Below are positions 51,061 through 59,512 of a stretch of 64,000 nt of DNA, in pieces; within the stretch, counting starts at the first letter, position 1; each line of letters starts with the position of its first letter. The notes under the pieces are model-generated. The model searched no databases. It was not told the DNA's origin and was given only the letters and a program-made list of their open reading frames with translations. The translations under genes were made by a program, and so were the position numbers. The stretch is from positions 138,154-202,153 of the forward strand of contig CAVJPT010000002.1 in NCBI GenBank assembly GCA_963651485.1, written 5' to 3'. This DNA is from Alloprevotella sp. Its GTDB lineage: Bacteria; Bacteroidota; Bacteroidia; Bacteroidales; Bacteroidaceae.

Positions 51061-51867
51061 ATGAACGAAACAGCAAGCAATGAAGCCCCGCGTGTGGGGA
51101 TAGTGTACCCGTCCCCCATCTTCGGGCCTGTGCACAGCAGACGACTCGGCGTTTCGCTGGGAGTCAACCTTATGCCCGCCGATGGAAAGCTGTGTACTTT
51201 CGACTGCCTGTACTGCGAGTGCGGCTTCAACGCTGCGCACCGCCCTTCGCTGCCGCGGCCGACGCGGGAAGAGGTGGCGCAAGCCCTTGAAGCGCAGCTT
51301 AAGCGTATGGCGGCGGACGGACCGACGCCCGACGTGCTCACTTTCGCCGGGAACGGCGAACCTACCGCGCACCCCGACTTTCCCGGCATCATAGACGACA
51401 CGCTGCGTCTGCGCGATGCCTATTTCCCAAGTGCGAGGGTGAGCGTGCTGAGCAACGCCACTTTCGCCATGCGCCCGGCCGTGAGGGATGCTTTGCGGCG
51501 GGTGGACAACAACATTCTGAAACTTGACACCGTGTCGCCCGACTACATCCGCGCGGTAGACCGCCCGGCGGGAAAATACCGCGTGGAGGACGTGGTGGAG
51601 GCTATGAAGGCTTTCCAAGGGCACGTCATCGTGCAGACGCTCTTTATGAAAGGCCGGCACGCGGGCTTCAATGTAGACAACACGACGGACGAGTACGTGC
51701 AGCCGTGGCTGGAAGCCGTGAAAAGCATCGGACCGGAGCTTGTCATGGTCTACACGATAGACCGCGCCACGCCCGCAGCGGGACTGGAGAAAGCCTCGCA
51801 CGCCGAGCTTGACCGTATCGCCGCCCTTGTACGCGCGGCGGGCATTGCCGTCGAGACGGCGTATTGA
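51061..51867 (+). CDS. Radical SAM protein (COG0731/TYW1-like bacterial family)
   Basis: FGPVHSRRLGVSLGVN, CTFDCLYC, GNGEPT. Confidence 0.88.
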   Translation: MNETASNEAPRVGIVYPSPIFGPVHSRRLGVSLGVNLMPADGKLCTFDCLYCECGFNAAHRPSLPRPTREEVAQALEAQLKRMAADGPTPDVLTFAGNGEPTAHPDFPGIIDDTLRLRDAYFPSARVSVLSNATFAMRPAVRDALRRVDNNILKLDTVSPDYIRAVDRPAGKYRVEDVVEAMKAFQGHVIVQTLFMKGRHAGFNVDNTTDEYVQPWLEAVKSIGPELVMVYTIDRATPAAGLEKASHAELDRIAALVRAAGIAVETAY

Positions 51868-51924
51868 GAGTAGAAACGGGTAATCTGTGGAAAACAGTCA
51901 ATGTCTACCAAATAGCAAATCCTT

Positions 51925-53205
51925 ATGCTGATAGCCCTCAGTGGCGGCGCGGACTCTGTAGCGCTTTTGCTTATGGCGATAGAGCGCGGAGAGGACGTGC
52001 AAGCCGCCGCCCACTGCAACTTTGGTCTGCGCGGCGCGGAGAGCGACCGCGATGAGGCTTTCGTCCGCAAACTTTGCGGGCGGCTGGGTGTGCGGCTCTT
52101 TGTGCAGCATTTTGCGACGCTGGAAGAAGCGGAGCGCGCGGGCGAGAGCATAGAAATGGCGGCACGAAGGCTGCGCTACGAATGGTTTGCGCAGCTTTGC
52201 CACGAACACGGCTTTGACCGCGTGGCGGTGGCCCACCATCAGGACGACAACGCCGAGACCCTATTGCTTAACCTCGCGCGCGGTACGGGACTGCGCGGAC
52301 TGACGGGTATGGAGGCAGACGGGGTGCAGGTGGTGCGTCCGCTCCTGCACCTTACGCGGAAAGACATACTTGCCTACCTTGCGCGGAAAGGGCAGGACTA
52401 TGTGACCGACAGCACCAACACCGACACGCACTATAAGCGCAACCTCATACGTCGCGAGCTGCTGCCGCTGCTTGCGCGGCTCAATCCCTCCATTGTGCGC
52501 TCGCTCAACGACACGGCGCACCGCTTGGGGGAGGCAGAGAAAATCTATGAGTACGGTCTTGCCGCCTTGCGCGGAAAAGTATGCCATAGCTACCGCGCTG
52601 ACGGTCTACGCATAGACTTCGCCGCGCTGGTCGACAGTCCCGCGCCCGCCACGCTCCTGCACGAATGGCTCTCGCCCTTCGGCTTCACGGCGCGGCAGTG
52701 CGAAGAGGCATTGCATATGCGCACGGGGGCTTATACCGAAGCGGGAGAGCATATACTTACGCGGTCCTCGGACGCGCTGTTGGCTGCCCCCCGTCCCGTT
52801 CCGCTTGAAGATACTGTTTTGCCCCGTGCGACGGAAGAAGAGACGGCGGTTGCGCTTCCCTTGCAAAGGTCAAAGCTCCTCATACGCCGCCAGCCATTTG
52901 CGGGACTGGACGCGATACCGCGAGCCGCAGCCCAGGTCGCATTGGATGCCGGCACGCTATGCGGGGAGCTGCGCGTGCGCTCGGTACGCGAGGGCGACCG
53001 TTTTGTCCCGTTCGGGATGAAAGGCACGCAGCTTGTGAGCGACTACCTTACCGCCCGCCGCCGCTCGCGCATAGACAAGCTTGCCGCCCTTGTCGTGACA
53101 GACGACAAAGGCATAGTGTGGCTCGCGGGCGAACGTCCCGCTGCACGCTGCGCCGTCACGGCAAGCACAAAAGAAATAGTCACGCTCACCCTCACCGCTT
53201 TATAA
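51925..53205 (+). CDS. tilS: tRNA(Ile)-lysidine synthetase
   Basis: SGGADS PP-loop, AAR..RY, AHHQDD, RPLL, RNLIR; C-terminal TilS domain. Confidence 0.93.
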   Translation: MLIALSGGADSVALLLMAIERGEDVQAAAHCNFGLRGAESDRDEAFVRKLCGRLGVRLFVQHFATLEEAERAGESIEMAARRLRYEWFAQLCHEHGFDRVAVAHHQDDNAETLLLNLARGTGLRGLTGMEADGVQVVRPLLHLTRKDILAYLARKGQDYVTDSTNTDTHYKRNLIRRELLPLLARLNPSIVRSLNDTAHRLGEAEKIYEYGLAALRGKVCHSYRADGLRIDFAALVDSPAPATLLHEWLSPFGFTARQCEEALHMRTGAYTEAGEHILTRSSDALLAAPRPVPLEDTVLPRATEEETAVALPLQRSKLLIRRQPFAGLDAIPRAAAQVALDAGTLCGELRVRSVREGDRFVPFGMKGTQLVSDYLTARRRSRIDKLAALVVTDDKGIVWLAGERPAARCAVTASTKEIVTLTLTAL

Positions 53206-53216
53206 AGTCCGAAACG

Positions 53217-53597
53217 ATGAAAGCCACATTCCCCCTGTTTGCAATGCTTGTCTCCGCCCCCCTGCTTTACACGGCTTGCGGAGACGACCGCAGCGGAGAG
53301 CAGCCCTTTGCCCCCACCGTGCAAAGCGTGTCCGCCGTAGCGGCGGGCGACTCGGCGCAGCTCACGGGCTTCGTCACGTCTTCGCCAAACAGTTCGCTCA
53401 CAAAGTGTGGCTTTGTCTACGGTAACGACACTTTGCGCAAGGAAAAAGCCGCCGAAGAGGCGGGCGTGTCGTTCAGTGTAACGACCGACTCGCTCGGAGC
53501 GGGCGACTACTACGCCGTGGCATACGCCCAAAACGGGGTGGGGAAGGGCTACGGCGACACGCTCCGTTTTACCATAACCGGCGAAAACGTCCAATAA
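53217..53597 (+). CDS. Small hypothetical lipoprotein (FN3/Ig-like)
   Basis: Lipobox LYTAC; Y..VAYAQN.VG..YG beta-sandwich pattern. Confidence 0.7.
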   Translation: MKATFPLFAMLVSAPLLYTACGDDRSGEQPFAPTVQSVSAVAAGDSAQLTGFVTSSPNSSLTKCGFVYGNDTLRKEKAAEEAGVSFSVTTDSLGAGDYYAVAYAQNGVGKGYGDTLRFTITGENVQ

Positions 53598-53809
53598 GCC
53601 GCGTGTCTTAGAGACAGCAAGCTTGTGCCGTAATCTGTGTAGGCGTTCATTGCCAACATTGCCGCCCGGAAAGGCAACGGCAAACTTGTGACACGGTGCG
53701 CGGTCAAGGCATTGTACTCGGCTTCCCGTTCCCGAAAAGAACCTTGCTGCTCTTTCGTTTCCCATTGCCCCGTTTCGCCGCCGGCAGCGCGTGAAAGGCG
53801 GCGGCAAAT

Positions 53810-53841
53810 CTTGGTTCTGTTGTTACCAAATACTAACTTTG
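53810..53841 (+). promoter_or_regulatory. Promoter of the nuo operon
   Basis: TAACTTTG at 53834-53841 with CTTG 20 nt upstream. Confidence 0.65.
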
Positions 53842-53927
53842 CGGCGCAAAAGACGAATGTCGTGAATTGGGGTTGCTATGTGAGCATGCCCCCTGCGGGG
53901 CGTGCAACTGGTAAAAAATCGTATTAT

Positions 53928-53962
53928 GGCGGCGGACAAGCGTGTCCGTCCGCCGGTTTTTT
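53928..53962 (+). terminator. Terminator-like hairpin within the nuo leader
   Basis: GGCGGCGGACA-AGCG-TGTCCGTCCGCC followed by GGTTTTTT. Confidence 0.5.
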
Positions 53963-54091
53963 GTGTCCGCAAGCCGGGTGTTCCCCAACGCCGGCGGGGC
54001 GGACTTTTTCGTCTTTGCAGGCGACCCGCACGGCAGAAGTCAGAAGAGAGAGAACAACAAATCAAGTATTAACAATAACATTTAGAGAGCT

Positions 54092-54442
54092 ATGAACTTT
54101 ACCTTGTTCGTCACCGCGCTGGTGACGGGGCTGGCGTTCGTAGGCGTCGTGACGGTGTTGGCCAAGCTGATATCGCCGCGCAGCTACAACGCTCAGAAGG
54201 AAGAGGCATACGAGTGTGGTATCCCCACGCGCGGCCGCTCGTGGATGCAGTTCCGCGTTGGCTACTACCTCTTTGCCATCCTCTTCCTTATGTTCGACGT
54301 GGAGACCATGTTCCTCTTCCCCTGGGCGGTGGTGATGCGCTCCCTCGGGCCGGCAGGTCTTTTTAGTGTGCTTTTCTTCCTGTTCATATTGGTTCTGGGC
54401 TTGGCATACGCCTGGAGGAAAGGAGCTTTGAAATGGCAGTGA
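54092..54442 (+). CDS. nuoA: NADH-quinone oxidoreductase subunit A
   Basis: YECG, FLMFDVE, three TM segments. Confidence 0.95.
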   Translation: MNFTLFVTALVTGLAFVGVVTVLAKLISPRSYNAQKEEAYECGIPTRGRSWMQFRVGYYLFAILFLMFDVETMFLFPWAVVMRSLGPAGLFSVLFFLFILVLGLAYAWRKGALKWQ

Positions 54443-55071
54443 CGAAGAAAGCGAAAATCAAGTCCATCCCCTACGAGGAATTCAAGGACAACGAGACATA
54501 CGAGAAGCTTGTCGCCGAGCTCAACGCCGGCGGAGCCAACGTGATAGTGCGCAAGCTGGACGACCTGATAGACTGGGGACGCTCCAACTCGCTCTGGCCG
54601 CTCACGTTTGCCACGAGCTGCTGCGGCATCGAGTTTATGGCAGTGTGCGCCGCGCGTTATGACATAGCACGCTTCGGCTTCGAGGTGACGCGCAACAGCC
54701 CCCGACAGGCTGACGTCATCCTGGTGTGCGGCACAATCACGACTAAGATGGCTCCGGTACTGCGCCGCCTCTACGACCAGATGGCAGACCCTAAGTACGT
54801 CGTGGCTATCGGCGGCTGCTCTATCAGCGGCGGTCCGTTCACCAAGTCGTACCATGTACTCAACGGCGTGGACAAGATAATCCCTGTGGACGTCTACGTG
54901 CCCGGCTGCCCGCCGAGACCGGAGTCGTTCTTGTACGGAATGATGCAGCTGCAGCGCATCGTCAAGGTGGAGAATTTCTTCGGTACTACCAACCGCAAGC
55001 AGAAAGACCCCTACCGCGCCGAGGCTGCGAAGAAAGAAGAAGAACTTTATAACGAGGAGGAACAGGCATGA
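54433..55071 (+). CDS. nuoB: NADH-quinone oxidoreductase subunit B
   Basis: SCCGIE, SPRQAD, PGCPPRPE. Confidence 0.96.
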   Translation: MAVTKKAKIKSIPYEEFKDNETYEKLVAELNAGGANVIVRKLDDLIDWGRSNSLWPLTFATSCCGIEFMAVCAARYDIARFGFEVTRNSPRQADVILVCGTITTKMAPVLRRLYDQMADPKYVVAIGGCSISGGPFTKSYHVLNGVDKIIPVDVYVPGCPPRPESFLYGMMQLQRIVKVENFFGTTNRKQKDPYRAEAAKKEEELYNEEEQA

Positions 55072-56768
55072 GCGAAGAATTGAAACCTACGGCCAACAAC
55101 GGCGCAGAGGCGCAGCAACCCGCCGCTCCTGCCAAGCCCGCAGCTGCGGCACGCCCCGCAGTGAAGCCCGCAGCCCCCGCGAAGCCGGCTGTGAACGAGC
55201 TTAAGCCCCGCGAGGTAGCGCCCGCCGAGCTGCACGCCGAGATGAAGCGGCTGCACGACGAGGAAGGCATGGACTTCCTGCTCAACCTCACCGGCGAAGA
55301 CTGGATGGAGGACGGCATCGGCGTGGTGTACCAGCTTGAAAACACCGCAAACGGAAAGCAGGCGTGCGTGAAGTGCGCCGCGGCTGACCGCGACAATGCC
55401 TACATCCCCTCGGTCAGCGACCTTTGGGATATAGCTAATATATACGAGCGCGAGGTTTACGACTACTACGGCGTAATCTTCACGGGGCATCCCGACATGC
55501 GCCGCATCTTCATGCGCGAGGACTGGGTAGGGCATCCGTTCCGCAAGGACAACGACCCGGAGAAGGACAATCCTTTCGACCCACAGCACATGACCAACGA
55601 GCCGCTTGCCGACGTGACCACCGAGTACCAGCTCCACGAGGACGGCACGGTGACGAAGACCGAGCACGAGATATTCGGCAAGGACGACTATGTGGTGAAC
55701 ATAGGTCCGCAGCATCCCTCGACGCACGGCGTGCTGCACTTCCGCGTGAGCCTCGAAGGCGAGATGATACGCAAGATAGACCCCGTGCTGGGCTACATAC
55801 ACCGCGGTGTAGAGAAGATAAGCGAGAAGATGACCTATCCGCAGACGCTCGCACTTACCGACCGCCTCGACTATCTCGGAGCTATGCAGAACCGCCACGC
55901 GCTGTGCATGTGCATCGAGCAGGCTATTGGCGTGGAGGTGAGCGACCGCGTGCAGGTTATACGTACCATAATGGACGAGCTGCAGCGTATAGACTCGCAC
56001 ATTCTCTTCTTCGGCTGTCTTTGCCAGGACCTCGGAGCCACGACGGCGTTTCTTTACGCTTTCCGTGACCGTGAGAAGATACTCGACATCTTCGAGGAGA
56101 CTTGCGGCGGACGCTTGATTCTCAACTACAACACCATCGGCGGCGTGATGTACGACATTCACCCCAACTTCCAGAAGCGGGTGAAAGAGTTCATCGCCAC
56201 GATGCGCAAGAACATCAAGGAGTATGACGACATCTTCACGGGCAACGTGATTTTCCAAAACCGCTCGAAGGGCGTGGGCGTGCTTACCAAAGAGCAGGTG
56301 ATATCCTTCGGCTGCACGGGCGGCACGGGGCGCGCCTCCGGCTGGCACAACGACCTGCGCAAGCTGCATCCCTATGCGGCTTACGACCGTGTGCAGTTCG
56401 AGGAAGTGGTGCGCACGGAGGGTGACTCCTTTGCCCGCTACATGGTGCGCCTTGACGAGATACGCCAGAGCCTGAACATCATCGAGCAGCTCGTGGACAA
56501 TATCCCCGAGGGAAGCTACCAGGAGAAGATGAAGCCCATCATAAAGCTGCCTGTCGGCACTTTCTACAGCGAAGTGGAGGGAAGCCGCGGACGCATGGGC
56601 GTGTTTATCGAGAGCAAGGGCGACAAGAGCCCGTACCGCCTGCACTACCGCTCCACGGGACTGCCTCTCGTGGCAGTGATGGACACGGCGTGCAAGGGCA
56701 ACATGCTTGCCGACCTCATCACTATCGGCGGCACGGTGGACTACGTCGTGCCTGACATAGACCGATGA
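55068..56768 (+). CDS. nuoCD: Fused NADH-quinone oxidoreductase subunit C/D
   Basis: ERE.YD.YG..F.GHP (NuoC) followed by NIGPQHPSTHGV (NuoD) and ending DIDR. Confidence 0.95.
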   Translation: MSEELKPTANNGAEAQQPAAPAKPAAAARPAVKPAAPAKPAVNELKPREVAPAELHAEMKRLHDEEGMDFLLNLTGEDWMEDGIGVVYQLENTANGKQACVKCAAADRDNAYIPSVSDLWDIANIYEREVYDYYGVIFTGHPDMRRIFMREDWVGHPFRKDNDPEKDNPFDPQHMTNEPLADVTTEYQLHEDGTVTKTEHEIFGKDDYVVNIGPQHPSTHGVLHFRVSLEGEMIRKIDPVLGYIHRGVEKISEKMTYPQTLALTDRLDYLGAMQNRHALCMCIEQAIGVEVSDRVQVIRTIMDELQRIDSHILFFGCLCQDLGATTAFLYAFRDREKILDIFEETCGGRLILNYNTIGGVMYDIHPNFQKRVKEFIATMRKNIKEYDDIFTGNVIFQNRSKGVGVLTKEQVISFGCTGGTGRASGWHNDLRKLHPYAAYDRVQFEEVVRTEGDSFARYMVRLDEIRQSLNIIEQLVDNIPEGSYQEKMKPIIKLPVGTFYSEVEGSRGRMGVFIESKGDKSPYRLHYRSTGLPLVAVMDTACKGNMLADLITIGGTVDYVVPDIDR

Positions 56769-56902
56769 CATTTGGTTGAAGAGTTCGGGGGCAAGCGAGC
56801 CGGATGCGGAATAGCTTCGCGCGACGTGGAAACGGAGAGAAGAGCGCGGAGACGGCGCGGACGGCGCGACTACCCCAAATCTAAAAACTAAAAACTCACG
56901 AA

Positions 56903-57988
56903 ATGTTTGATTTTTCAATAGTAACAACTTGGCTGCACGGCTTCCTCACGCAGACCTGCGGCTTCGCCGAATGGGGCGCAATCCTTACGGAGAGCGTGCT
57001 CGTGGCGCTGGCCATCATCACGCTCTACGCCGTGTTTGCCATTGCACTTATCTATATGGAGCGCAAGGTTTGCGCTTTCTTCCAGTGCCGCCTCGGCCCG
57101 ATGCGTGTGGGCAAGTGGGGCGTACTCCAGGTATTCAGCGACGTGTTCAAGATGCTGACGAAGGAGATTATAAGCATGCGGCAGAGCGACCTCTTCCTGC
57201 ACAACTTGGCACCGTTCCTCGTCGTGACGGCTTCGATGGTCACCTTCTCCTGCCTGCCCTGGAACAAGGGCGCGCACATCATTGACTTCAATGTGGGCGT
57301 GTTCTTCTTCCTCGCAGTCTCCTCTGTAGGCGTCGTGGGCATACTCCTCGCCGGATGGAGCAGCAACAACAAGTTTTCCCTGATAGGCGCAATGCGAAGC
57401 GGCGCGCAGATCATCAGCTACGAGCTGAGCATCGGCATGACGATGCTGGCGATGATATGCCTTACCGGCACGATGTCGTTCAGCGAGATATGCCAAGACC
57501 AGTACGTAAATGGTTGGAATATCGTGCGCGGGCATATCCCCGCCGTCATAGCGTTTTTCATTTACCTCGTGGCAGGCAACGCGGAGTGCAACCGCGGCCC
57601 GTTTGACCTCCCCGAGTGCGAGAGCGAGCTGACGGCCGGTTACCACACCGAGTACTCCGGCATGCACTTCGGCTACTACTACCTCGCCGAGTACCTTAAC
57701 CTCTTCATCTGCGCCGGCATGGCTACCACCATCTTCCTCGGAGGCTGGGCACCGCTGCACATCTGCGGCCTGAGCGGCTTCAACGGTGTGATGGACCTGA
57801 TACCCGGTGCGGTGTGGTTTGTAGGCAAGACGTTCTTCGTCGTGTTCCTGCTGATGTGGCTGCGCTGGACGTTCCCGCGTCTGCGAATCGACCAGATACT
57901 CTCGCTTGAGTGGAAGTACCTCGTGCCGTTCACTATGGTAAACCTCGTGCTCATGGCGCTCTGCGTGTCTATGGGCTGGACTTTTTAA
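56903..57988 (+). CDS. nuoH: NADH-quinone oxidoreductase subunit H
   Basis: ERK....Q.RLGP, NRGPFDLPE.ESEL, PRLRIDQ. Confidence 0.96.
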   Translation: MFDFSIVTTWLHGFLTQTCGFAEWGAILTESVLVALAIITLYAVFAIALIYMERKVCAFFQCRLGPMRVGKWGVLQVFSDVFKMLTKEIISMRQSDLFLHNLAPFLVVTASMVTFSCLPWNKGAHIIDFNVGVFFFLAVSSVGVVGILLAGWSSNNKFSLIGAMRSGAQIISYELSIGMTMLAMICLTGTMSFSEICQDQYVNGWNIVRGHIPAVIAFFIYLVAGNAECNRGPFDLPECESELTAGYHTEYSGMHFGYYYLAEYLNLFICAGMATTIFLGGWAPLHICGLSGFNGVMDLIPGAVWFVGKTFFVVFLLMWLRWTFPRLRIDQILSLEWKYLVPFTMVNLVLMALCVSMGWTF

Positions 57989-58006
57989 AAAGTAGATTTC
58001 TCTCTT

Positions 58007-58471
58007 ATGGAAGATAAAAGCTATATAGGCGGCATAACGGGGGGGCTGAAGAGTCTCTGCACGGGGTTGAAGACCACGATGCGTGAGTTCTTCACCCCGA
58101 AGATAACCGAGCAGTATCCCGAGAACCGGGCTGAGAACGTGATGTTCGACCGTTTCCGCGGCGCGCTCACCATGCCGCACAACGAGAACAACGAACACAA
58201 GTGCGTAGGCTGCGGTCTGTGCCAGATGGCTTGCCCCAACGGCACGATAACCGTGACCAGCGAGTTCTACGAAACGCCGGACGGAAAGAAAAAGAAGCGC
58301 CTCGTGAAGTACGAGTACGACCTGGGCGCCTGCATGTTCTGCATGCTTTGCACGCGGGCTTGCCCGCACGGCGCGATCACGTTCGACCAGAGCTACGAAA
58401 ACGCCGTATTCGACCGCACGAAGCTGGTGCGCACGCTCAACCGCCCCGGCAGCCATGTGGAGGAAAAGTAA
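58007..58471 (+). CDS. nuoI: NADH-quinone oxidoreductase subunit I
   Basis: Two CxxCxxCxxxCP motifs. Confidence 0.95.
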   Translation: MEDKSYIGGITGGLKSLCTGLKTTMREFFTPKITEQYPENRAENVMFDRFRGALTMPHNENNEHKCVGCGLCQMACPNGTITVTSEFYETPDGKKKKRLVKYEYDLGACMFCMLCTRACPHGAITFDQSYENAVFDRTKLVRTLNRPGSHVEEK

Positions 58472-58490
58472 ATAAACTCAAACAATATCC

Positions 58491-59015
58491 ATGGACTCAC
58501 AGAATATAATGTTCGTCATACTGGCGGTGCTGATAGCCCTTTCGTCTGTTGCCACCGTACTGACAAAAAGCATTGTGCGTGCGGCCACCTACCTGTTCTT
58601 CGTGCTGCTTGGCACGGCCGGGCTGTATTTCCTTATGGGGTACACGTTCCTCGGCTCGGTGCAGGTGATGGTGTACGCCGGAGGCATCATCGTGCTCTAT
58701 GTCTTTTCCATTCTCCTCACGGAGGGCGCAAGCGACAAGACGTTTGCCCGCAAGGCAAAGGACGCTTCGTGGGGTCTGCTGCTCAGCCTTGTAGGCTTTG
58801 CGGCGTTTGTCAGCGTGGTGCTGACGCACGACTTCAAGGAGCATATGCCGCTTTCCGCACCCAGCGAGGCAGAGAATCCCGTCACCTCCATCAGCTCGAT
58901 AGGCGCGAATATGCTCTCCACGGGCGAACTCGGCTATCTGCTGCCCTTCGAGGCTGTCAGTGTGCTGCTGCTCGCGTGCATCGTGGGTGCGCTGATAATT
59001 GCACGCAAACGATAA
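58491..59015 (+). CDS. nuoJ: NADH-quinone oxidoreductase subunit J
   Basis: QVMVYAGGI.VL, LPFEA.S.LLL. Confidence 0.94.
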   Translation: MDSQNIMFVILAVLIALSSVATVLTKSIVRAATYLFFVLLGTAGLYFLMGYTFLGSVQVMVYAGGIIVLYVFSILLTEGASDKTFARKAKDASWGLLLSLVGFAAFVSVVLTHDFKEHMPLSAPSEAENPVTSISSIGANMLSTGELGYLLPFEAVSVLLLACIVGALIIARKR

Positions 59016-59119
59016 CAGGAAGCCTGGGCACGCAGCCGCCTTGCAGCCGCCGCTCTCTCTCTCTCTCTGAGGGCGGAAACCGCCGGGCGGACGTTCCCCA
59101 CAAAAAGAAATTTGCAACA

Positions 59120-59428
59120 ATGATTCAACTGGAATACATTCTCATCATTTCGGCGATTATGATGTTTGCAGGTGTTTTCGGCTTCTTGACACGTCGCAGC
59201 ACCTTGGCAGTTCTGCTTTCGGTGGAGCTGATGCTTAACGCCACAGACCTCAACTTCGCGGTGTTCAACCGCATGCTTTACCCCAACGGTTATGAGGGCT
59301 ATTTCTTCGCGCTTTTCTCCATAGCCATCTCGGCTGCGGAGAGTGCCGTGGCCATTGCCATTATGATCAACATTTACCGGATGGCTAAAAACATCTCGGT
59401 AGACGGGCTGGAGAAGATGAAGTGGTAA
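59120..59428 (+). CDS. nuoK: NADH-quinone oxidoreductase subunit K
   Basis: SVELMLNA, AAESAVA; real start at ATG 59120 inside the listed ORF 58769-59428. Confidence 0.94.
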   Translation: MIQLEYILIISAIMMFAGVFGFLTRRSTLAVLLSVELMLNATDLNFAVFNRMLYPNGYEGYFFALFSIAISAAESAVAIAIMINIYRMAKNISVDGLEKMKW

Positions 59429-59512
59429 GGTAAAACGGTTTAAGTTGTAAAGCCCGGCGCCGCTCCCGCTTTCCGGTAGGCGCGGCGTACGGCCTCACAA
59501 ACTAAGATTAAA

